A stretch of 64,000 nt of DNA from Frateuria sp. (GTDB taxonomy: Bacteria; Pseudomonadota; Gammaproteobacteria; Xanthomonadales; Rhodanobacteraceae). How positions within the stretch are numbered: the first letter of the stretch is position 1; every line of letters begins with the position of its first letter. Below are positions 17,259 to 24,140 of this stretch, one piece after another. Both the position numbers and the translations under genes were made by a program. The stretch covers positions 1,107 through 65,106 of the forward strand of contig NZ_DASSES010000105.1 in assembly GCF_035695185.1 (NCBI RefSeq), given 5' to 3'. Under the pieces are notes generated by a model, which ran no database searches, was not told where the DNA came from, and saw only the letters and a program-made list of their open reading frames with translations.

Positions 17259-17529
17259 GGGCTGGGGTACCGTTTGCCTGAGGCGCCAGCGGATGGGCGC
17301 CGAACCGCACAGTTTACGCGGGTGGGTGAGCGGGTTCCAGTTTCCGGGGTGAATCAGGCACTTGCGGTCGGGGCGGCGGTCTCCGGCCGTCCGGTCACGA
17401 CCGGACGGCTCCCGCTGCGCTTCTGCGCCTTTGCGCGAGGCCTCGGAAGTCCAGACCAAAGCTTGCCATTGCGCACGGAACCGCGGGGCGGTGCTGGCTT
17501 CCGCCCCGCCATGGGGGCAAACTCCGCGC

Positions 17530-18579
17530 ATGTTTGCCGCCGCACGCCATGGGGAGAGCGCCGGCGCGGTTTCCGCTGCTTTCCCAGGTCGCACGATCCT
17601 GCGAAGGATCGCGCTCGCATGTGTGCTGTCGGCGGGTTTGCTCTGGTTGCCCAGGGCCCATGCCGGTGCGCTGTACCAGTGCACTGGGTCCGGCGGGGAA
17701 ACGGTGTACAGCAGCACCACCGCCGGCTACGGCGGCTGCCGCAAGGTGGCGTCCTTCGCCGACGCGCCGCGCCGCAGGCCCCGGGCGCCCGCACGCAAGC
17801 GGGTCGCCTCGCTGGCGGGCGTGCACGGCTGGGTACAGACCACGGCGCGGCCGGTATCGCTGGCCGAGGTCGAGGGCTCGGTGCAGACCACGGCGCGGAC
17901 CGTCGACCCCGGCAAGTGGACCTATCGCGAGGATGCCGACCGCATGGCCGCCGCGCCGGCACCCGCGAACCGGGTGCTGCGCGGCGCGGTGTACCGGGTG
18001 GAGAAGGCCGACGGCTCGGTCGAGTACACCAACCTCCGGCCGGGCGGCGGCAAGGGCCGCGCGGTCACCACGCTGTTCACGTACATCGCCACCTGCGTTG
18101 CCTGCAACCTGCACTCGACCATCGACTGGAGCCGGGTGCGGCTGAACCTCACCGCGTACGCCGCGGCCATCCGCGCGGCCAGCGCGGAATCGGGTGTGAA
18201 CGAGGCCTTCCTGCGCGCCGTGATCCACGCCGAGAGCGCATTCAACCCCAACGCGCTCTCGCTCAAGGGCGCGCAGGGCCTGATGCAGCTGATGCCCGCC
18301 ACTGCCAGTGACATGGGCGTGCTCGATGCCTTCGATGCCGCCCAGAACATCCGCGGCGGCGCCCGCTACCTTGCGCAGCTGCTGCGGACCTTCGGCGGTG
18401 ACGAGCAGCTCGCCGCGGCGGCCTACAATGCCGGACCGGGGGCCGTGCAGCGTTACAACGGCGTGCCGCCCTTCGCGGAGACCCGGGTCTACGTGAAACG
18501 CGTCGGCGAGCTGCGCCGGCGCTATGGCACGGCGCTGCATGGGCCGATGGCCGCGATGCGCAGCAGCGGCGCGCCCTGA
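17530..18579 (+). CDS. Lytic transglycosylase (SLT domain) with an N-terminal DUF4124-like region
   Basis: ATG 17530 (MFAAARHG...[27 protein letters not shown]) is the preferred start. SLT motifs are [27 protein letters not shown] and [10 protein letters not shown]. Confidence 0.85.
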   Translation: MFAAARHGESAGAVSAAFPGRTILRRIALACVLSAGLLWLPRAHAGALYQCTGSGGETVYSSTTAGYGGCRKVASFADAPRRRPRAPARKRVASLAGVHGWVQTTARPVSLAEVEGSVQTTARTVDPGKWTYREDADRMAAAPAPANRVLRGAVYRVEKADGSVEYTNLRPGGGKGRAVTTLFTYIATCVACNLHSTIDWSRVRLNLTAYAAAIRAASAESGVNEAFLRAVIHAESAFNPNALSLKGAQGLMQLMPATASDMGVLDAFDAAQNIRGGARYLAQLLRTFGGDEQLAAAAYNAGPGAVQRYNGVPPFAETRVYVKRVGELRRRYGTALHGPMAAMRSSGAP

Positions 18580-18671
18580 TCCGTTTCCCTTAGGATGGTG
18601 CCACCCGTGTGCCATCCGGACCGGGCGTTTGCGCGCGGCCATCCGTCCCAACCACGGGCCAGTCATCGACC

Positions 18672-19568
18672 ATGGACCTACCGTCTCTTCCGCTGCCCGA
18701 AGGTGCGCGGCGCGGCAGCCTCGCCTGCGTCGGCCTGGGCATGACCCTGGGCTCCCACCTCACGCCGCTGGCGCGCAGCCACATCGAGCAGGCGGATGTC
18801 GTGTTCGCCGGGCTCTCCGACGGCATCGTGGAGCTGTGGTTGCAGCGCATGCACCCGGACGTGCGCAGCCTCCAGCCGTACTACGCGGAAGGCAAGTCGC
18901 GCCTGGAAACCTACCGGGAATGGGTCGGGCTGATGATGGCCCAGGTGCGTGCGGGCAAGCGGGTCTGCGGTGTGTTCTACGGCCACCCGGGCATCTTTGC
19001 CTGGTCGCCCCACAAGGCTGTCGCCACGGCGCGGGCGGAGGGGTTCGAGGCACACATGGAGCCGGGGGTTTCGGCGGAGGATTGCCTTTACGCGGACCTG
19101 GGCATCGACCCGGGGCGCTTCGGTTGCCAACACTACGAGGCCAGCCAGCTGCTGCTGTTCGAGCGGCGCATCGATCCGACGGCCTACCTGGTGCTGTGGC
19201 AGGTCGGGCTGGTCGGGGATCGCTCGCTGACCCGCTTCCAGACCGGACCGGCCTATCGCCAGGTGCTGGTCGACCTGCTGAGCCGGGACTACCCGCTGGA
19301 CCACCGGCTGATCGTCTACCGGGCCGCCACGCTGCCGATCGAGAAGCCGCGCATCCGCCGACTGGCCCTGCGCGACCTGCCGCGGGTGCCATTGACCGCC
19401 GAGGAGACGGTGGTGCTGCCGCCGCTGCGGCCGATGCAGCCGAACCTGGCGATTCGGGAGCGCCTGGCCGAGCTGGATCGGGCAAGCCTGCTGGACCGGA
19501 ACGCCGCGGAGGCGTCCTTCGGCGCCCAGGCGGCGGCGAGGCCAGCCACCGACCCGGCAAATGGCTAG
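18672..19568 (+). CDS. Tetrapyrrole-methylase-fold SAM methyltransferase of the borosin (OphMA/SonM-like) peptide alpha-N-methyltransferase type
   Basis: Ordered motifs match what I recall of OphMA/SonM: GSLACVGLGM, YYAEGKSRLETYREW, VCGVFYGHPGIF, MEPGVSAEDCLYADLGIDPG, HYEASQLL, LVLWQVGLVGD, LIVYRAATLP. There are no cob/cys/hem neighbours. ATG 18672 is preferred over the track start 18609. Confidence 0.75.
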   Translation: MDLPSLPLPEGARRGSLACVGLGMTLGSHLTPLARSHIEQADVVFAGLSDGIVELWLQRMHPDVRSLQPYYAEGKSRLETYREWVGLMMAQVRAGKRVCGVFYGHPGIFAWSPHKAVATARAEGFEAHMEPGVSAEDCLYADLGIDPGRFGCQHYEASQLLLFERRIDPTAYLVLWQVGLVGDRSLTRFQTGPAYRQVLVDLLSRDYPLDHRLIVYRAATLPIEKPRIRRLALRDLPRVPLTAEETVVLPPLRPMQPNLAIRERLAELDRASLLDRNAAEASFGAQAAARPATDPANG

Positions 19569-19613
19569 ACTAGCCGCGGCGCGGCAGCCAGGCAGCGCAG
19601 GGAAGGGGGACCG

Positions 19614-19907
19614 ATGTCAGACACGATTGATCTGCTCGAGGCGATCGGCCGCGACGCCTCGCTTCGTCATGCCCCGGCGCATGAACTCCAGCAACGGCTG
19701 CAGGAAGCAGGGGCATCGGGCGCGCTGAAGGCGGCCGCGTCGTCCGGTGACGCCTCGCGGCTGGCCGTCGAGTTCGGCCCCAAGGCCATGTACAGCCCGC
19801 AGACGTCGCAGACTTTCCACGAAGACGAAGGGCTGGGGGAAGAGGAGGGGCCGCCGCCCTTGCCGTCGCCCGACCCCGACTCCGATCACGCTCCCCCCCA
19901 GCCCTAG
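19614..19907 (+). CDS. 97-aa candidate split-borosin precursor peptide
   Basis: Starts 45 nt after the methyltransferase stop, with an SD (AAGGGGGA). The N-terminal helical region TIDLLEAIGRDASLRH...LKAAASSGDASRLAVEF resembles the SonA leader/borosin-binding domain as I recall it. The tail is GPKAMYSPQTSQTFHEDEGLGEEEGPPPLPSPDPDSDHAPPQP. Confidence 0.6.
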   Translation: MSDTIDLLEAIGRDASLRHAPAHELQQRLQEAGASGALKAAASSGDASRLAVEFGPKAMYSPQTSQTFHEDEGLGEEEGPPPLPSPDPDSDHAPPQP

Positions 19908-19917
19908 CGCCATCGAC

Positions 19918-21696
19918 ATGGCCAGGTGGTGGTGCCAGAGTGCGCGACCCGCGCTGGCGGGCCTGTTCCTGTGCACGCTCGCGCATGCCGTCCACGCCGA
20001 TGCCCCGATCGGCGACCCGTCGGCCTTTCTCCAGCAGACCGAGCAGGTACGCACCCGCGACAACGCGCGTTACGTACGGATGCTCGAACAGATCCACCGC
20101 CAGGCTCCGCATCTGACCCCCGCCGAGCAATGGCGGCTGCGTTATCTCGACGCGTGGCAGACGGCTTACCGGGGCGACTACGCCCAGGCCGAGCCGGTGC
20201 TCCGGGATGTCATCGCCCACTCCGGCGACCGCGCCCTGGCCGCCAAGGCATCCGCGCTGCTGATGAGCAACCTGGCGATCAACAGTCGCTACGAGGAGGC
20301 CTTCGCGCTGGCCAACCGGTTGGCCAGTGAACTTCCCGGGATCACCGACAGGCTGGCCCGTTTCATCGTGCTGGCCAATCTGTCGCAGGCGATGAACCTG
20401 GCCGGCGAGCAGGATCTCGCGCTCCGCTACGCCCGCATGATGGAGCAGCGGCTTCCGCCGGGCGAGACGCTGTGCAGTCCGCGCAACATGCAGGCCGCTG
20501 CGCTCGACCAGGCCGGGCGACTGCACAGCGCCAGCCCCGAGCTGACGCGGGCGATCGACACCTGCCTGGCCGCCGGCCAGCCGGTGCTGGCCAACACCAT
20601 GCGACTGGTCAAGGTGCGCCTCTATCGCAACGAGGGCCACCCGCGCGAGGCCCTGGCCTTGCTTATGCGGATCGGTCCGAGCATCCGGGCCAGTCGCTAC
20701 TTCAGCCACCTTCGCGGCGCGCAGTCGGAACTGGCGCTGACCTACGAGAAGCTGGGCGAGGATGACCAGGCCCGCAAGGCAGCGCTGGCCGTGGTGGCGA
20801 TGAGTTCACCGGGCGACGCCAACACGTGGCTGCAGGAGGCCTACGAGCTGCTCTATCGGATCGCCAGGAAGAAAGGCGACACCGCCGCGGCGCTGGACTA
20901 CTACGAGCATGCCGTCGCCCAGGACCGACTCAACCTGAACGACGTCGGTGCGCGGGCGCATGCCTACCAGGTGGTGCAGCAGCACCTCCTGACCCGGAAG
21001 CTGGAGACCGAAGCGCTCAGCAGGCAGAACAACATCCTCAGGCTGCAGCAGGCCCTGGCCACCAAGGCCGCCGAGACAGGCCGTCTGTACAACCTGCTGC
21101 TGCTGGTGGTGCTCGCCTCGATCGTCTTCTGGCTCTTGCGGCTCAAGCGCTCCCAACTGCGCTTCAAGAAGCTGGCCCAGCGTGACAGTCTCACCGGCAT
21201 CCTCAACCACCAGCACTTCATCAGGGAAGCCGAGCGCAACCTGCAGCTGCTGGACAAGCGTGTCGGCCATGCCTGCCTGGTCGTGCTCGACCTGGACCAC
21301 TTCAAGTCGATCAACGACACCCACGGCCATGCGGTGGGCGACATGGTGCTCAAGCGCACGGTCGCCGCCTGCCAGCGACAGTTGCGGCCGGCCGACGTGT
21401 TCGGCCGGCTCGGGGGCGAGGAGTTCGGCATTCTGCTGCACGAGTGCTCCCGCGAGCAGGGGATGGACATCGCCAACCGCATCCGCCTGGCCATCGCCGA
21501 GGCGCCCGACGGGGAGGAGGGGGGCGATGTCGCGGTGTCGGCCAGCGTCGGCCTGGCATCCACCGCCACCTCCGGCTACGGCGTGCAGCGGCTTTGCAGG
21601 GAAGCCGATGCGGCGCTCTATCGCGCCAAGCGCGCGGGGCGCGATTGCGTCATGGGCGATGTCGAGATGGCGAGCGCCCTGGTCCAGGCCCGCTGA
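19918..21696 (+). CDS. Diguanylate cyclase: signal peptide, about 400-aa periplasmic TPR-like sensor, TM helix and GGDEF domain
   Basis: Start at ATG 19918 (MARWWCQSARPALAGLFLCTLAHAVHA). TM helix is LYNLLLLVVLASIVFWLL. The GGDEF domain has RPADVFGRLGGEEFGILL, that is, an RxxD I-site plus GGEEF. Confidence 0.9.
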   Translation: MARWWCQSARPALAGLFLCTLAHAVHADAPIGDPSAFLQQTEQVRTRDNARYVRMLEQIHRQAPHLTPAEQWRLRYLDAWQTAYRGDYAQAEPVLRDVIAHSGDRALAAKASALLMSNLAINSRYEEAFALANRLASELPGITDRLARFIVLANLSQAMNLAGEQDLALRYARMMEQRLPPGETLCSPRNMQAAALDQAGRLHSASPELTRAIDTCLAAGQPVLANTMRLVKVRLYRNEGHPREALALLMRIGPSIRASRYFSHLRGAQSELALTYEKLGEDDQARKAALAVVAMSSPGDANTWLQEAYELLYRIARKKGDTAAALDYYEHAVAQDRLNLNDVGARAHAYQVVQQHLLTRKLETEALSRQNNILRLQQALATKAAETGRLYNLLLLVVLASIVFWLLRLKRSQLRFKKLAQRDSLTGILNHQHFIREAERNLQLLDKRVGHACLVVLDLDHFKSINDTHGHAVGDMVLKRTVAACQRQLRPADVFGRLGGEEFGILLHECSREQGMDIANRIRLAIAEAPDGEEGGDVAVSASVGLASTATSGYGVQRLCREADAALYRAKRAGRDCVMGDVEMASALVQAR

Positions 21697-21733
21697 CTGG
21701 GGCCTTCGTCCGGTCTGGCGCGGGACGTGGCGC

Positions 21734-22621
21734 CTACCGGCGCGTCGCCAGCACCCCATCCAGCGCCAGTCGGGTGTTGAAGCCGGCGTTCTCCAGTCGA
21801 CGCGCGACTTCGCGCGGCACGTCGCGGCCGCTGGTGAGCTTGTTCGGGCTGCCGGTGTAGTGGAACAGGCGGCCACCCCGGCGCAGCACGCGGGCGAGCT
21901 GATCGTAGAACGCCTGCGCATACAGTTCGCCGGCGATGCCGAAGCGCGGCGGGTCGTGCAGCAGGGCATCGACCGAGGCGTCGGCCACCTGCCGGATCGC
22001 CGCGGTCACGTCGGCGTGGGTCAGTTGCAGACGGCCACCGGTCGCTGCGGCGTCGGGGTCGGGCGACCACGGGTTGAGGGTGCGCAGCCACAACACGTCG
22101 GGGTTCTTCTCGAACGAGTGGATGCGCACCACACCGGCCTCCAGGCAGCAGCCGGCGAAGTAGCCCAGCCCGCCGCAGGTGTCGAGCACCACCTTGCCGC
22201 GCGGCTCGATGAGGGCCACCTTGCGCCGCGCGTCCTCGACCGGCGAGTCCTTGGCGGTGGGCAGCATCTTGATGCCGTCGATCTCGAAGGTCGGCGCCCC
22301 CCACCCGGTCGGCACCAGCTTGATCAGCGAGCCGGAGAAGCGCGACACCGGTGCGAATGCCTCGCCGTCCCAGTAGTAGACGGTGCGGTCCTTGAGCCGG
22401 GCCGGGTACGGGTAGGACCGGTCCTGCCATCGCCATGCATCCGCGAGCAGTGCCACGTCGGCGCGCGAGCGGTCCAGGTCCAGCGACCCGTGCCATGCGC
22501 CGCTGCCGGCTTCGCGCGCGGCAGCCAGCGAGTCGGCGACCGGGCGGGTGAGCAGTGGACCGGGGTAGTGCGACACGGAGGGCGATTTCCTTGGTGGGGG
22601 CGCGTGCGGGAGCGCGACCAT
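21734..22621 (-). CDS. Class I SAM-dependent methyltransferase
   Basis: VVLDTCGGLGYFAGCCLEAG (SAM motif I) and LLHDPPRFG (the DPPxF/Y motif of N- and nucleic-acid methyltransferases). ATG 22621 is the preferred start; the track ORF begins at 22711. Confidence 0.7.
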   Translation of the reverse strand: MVALPHAPPPRKSPSVSHYPGPLLTRPVADSLAAAREAGSGAWHGSLDLDRSRADVALLADAWRWQDRSYPYPARLKDRTVYYWDGEAFAPVSRFSGSLIKLVPTGWGAPTFEIDGIKMLPTAKDSPVEDARRKVALIEPRGKVVLDTCGGLGYFAGCCLEAGVVRIHSFEKNPDVLWLRTLNPWSPDPDAAATGGRLQLTHADVTAAIRQVADASVDALLHDPPRFGIAGELYAQAFYDQLARVLRRGGRLFHYTGSPNKLTSGRDVPREVARRLENAGFNTRLALDGVLATRR

Positions 22622-22741
22622 AGCGAATCGGCGCCCGGCCGGCCATTCCCGACGGCCAGCCGTCCGTAGGAGTGCACCTGCGCGCGACCGGGATGCCGCT
22701 CCGGGCGACACCGGACATGGCGGTCGCGTTCGGATGAGCTC

Positions 22742-23887
22742 CTACAGGGGATCGGCGGACGCCTGGCTGGACAGCCATCCGTCCGGCGCGAGGCTCGTCG
22801 CCAGCATGACCTCGTTGATGTCCCGATGTGCGGTCCAGGAGAACGCGGCGCGGTTGGCCGGTTCCAGCCAGAACCGGTTGATCGCCGCGCGCAGCGGCAC
22901 CTGCGCGCGCAGGGCGTCGACCGCCGGTCGCAGGCGCCGGTCGTCGGTGGCCAGGCGCTCGATCGCCGCCAGGCCGATGGCCAGGCCCAGTTCCCTGAAT
23001 CCCAGGCGCGCGTCGGCGGGTGCGTAGAGCGGCAACTGGCAGTGGGGCAGGCTGGCCGCCGCGCTTTCGAGGATGTGGCCGAGCAACGCCCGGCAGTGCT
23101 CCGCGCCCGCGCGCACGAGCCGTTCCAGGCGCAATGCGTCCATCAGCAGGCCGCCCAGGCCAAGCGGGTCGCCGGTGGCCAGCGGGCTGGCTTCCAGCAT
23201 GGCGGTGTAGTCCGCAACGGCCTCGTTGAGGGGCGGCGCCGGCGCCTGCAGCGAGGCTGCGGTGGCGCGCAGGACCAGGGTGGTGACCAGCCCGTCGAGC
23301 GCATCGTGCTGGCCCATCGACGCGACCAGCGGACGCGAGAGGTCGGTGCTCATCTTCCAGTACAGGCGCCGATGGCCGTGCACCGCTGCGTGGGTAAAGG
23401 CGCGATGGGCGGTGTCCGCCAGCTCGCATGCCCAGCGGCTTGCTTGAGGTTCGCGGCGGCACCGGGCGGCCAGGTCGAGGGCCTGCATCCAACGGGTCAG
23501 GTAGTGGAAGTACTGGCCGTCGCGCTCCCACTCCAGGCGCTCGTCGACGGGTTCGTCCGGACGGCGCTCGGGCAGCGGCTTGCCGATGCGCAGGCCGGCG
23601 CGGGTCGGGTGGTCATCGCTGGCCTGTCCGCAGCGGCCGGCGAGCCAGCCGCGGCGACTGTCGTCGGCGCGGAAATGGCCCAGCACCGCGTGCACCTGGT
23701 GGATGAGGCGCTGCGCGAGCGCGTCGAATCCGGGCCCCGCGCCGTCCCGCGCCAGGCCGAGGAAATTGCCGACCGCGAAGGCGTCGGTCCACAGGTAGCG
23801 CACCGGCGCCATGTCGGCCGCAAGGCCCGTGCGACGCGCGAACTGCGCCATGAGTTCGATCGCGGCGAGGGTGTCCGGGGCGGGCAT
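22742..23887 (-). CDS. Uncharacterised conserved protein (381 aa), all-helical, family not recognised
   Basis: A coherent ORF from ATG 23887 (MPAPDTLAAIELMAQFARRTG...RYLWTDAFAVGNFLGL...GQYFHYLTRWMQAL...). The codon pattern is consistent with coding. It is on the same strand as, and 120 nt upstream of, the methyltransferase. Confidence 0.6.
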   Translation of the reverse strand: MPAPDTLAAIELMAQFARRTGLAADMAPVRYLWTDAFAVGNFLGLARDGAGPGFDALAQRLIHQVHAVLGHFRADDSRRGWLAGRCGQASDDHPTRAGLRIGKPLPERRPDEPVDERLEWERDGQYFHYLTRWMQALDLAARCRREPQASRWACELADTAHRAFTHAAVHGHRRLYWKMSTDLSRPLVASMGQHDALDGLVTTLVLRATAASLQAPAPPLNEAVADYTAMLEASPLATGDPLGLGGLLMDALRLERLVRAGAEHCRALLGHILESAAASLPHCQLPLYAPADARLGFRELGLAIGLAAIERLATDDRRLRPAVDALRAQVPLRAAINRFWLEPANRAAFSWTAHRDINEVMLATSLAPDGWLSSQASADPL

Positions 23888-24026
23888 GGCGCAAGCCTTG
23901 TCCCGGCCCCCCGAAGGGGGCGTGAAGCCCGGCGGGTGCCGCGACCGGCTTGCCGGGATGGGACGCACCGCAAGAACCGCCCCTCGCCCGCTGTGCCGCA
24001 TGCGGGCAAGGGCCCACAGCCTTCAG

Positions 24027-24065
24027 CTCCCTCTCCCCGTCGAGAGAGGATCGGGGTGTGAGGGG
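24027..24065. repeat. REP-like element (third variant)
   Basis: ctccctctccccgtcgagagaggatcggggtgtgagggg is an imperfect palindrome related to the type-B elements. It lies in the spacer before ligD. Confidence 0.45.
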
Positions 24066-24140
24066 CCGGGGCTCGCCGGGACCCGCAGCGATGTCGGATG
24101 CGTGCTCTCCGGCTCCCACGCGCCTCGTCAGGCAGAAGAT

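Noticed and set aside
17386-17409. Perfect 10-bp-stem hairpin (gccgtccggt-cacg-accggacggc) in the miaB/SLT divergent spacer as a terminator or riboswitch element
   Set aside because: It lies between two divergent gene starts, where a terminator makes little sense. There is no convincing T-tract and no match to a riboswitch class I can recognise. It may be an operator or nothing at all.
15939-18311. 790-aa plus-strand ORF and the 423-aa minus-strand ORF 17395..18666
   Set aside because: They are antisense or out of frame to miaB and the SLT gene, which carry unambiguous catalytic motifs. The translations are R/G/A/H-rich with no domain signatures.
18672-19568. Interpretation of the tetrapyrrole-methylase-fold ORF as CobA/CysG/precorrin methyltransferase
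   Set aside because: There is no cobalamin, siroheme or heme context. The block pattern (GKSRLxTY, FYGHPG, PGVSAEDCL, YEAS, LWQVG) matches my recollection of borosin N-methyltransferases rather than uroporphyrinogen methylases. It has not been excluded without a real alignment.
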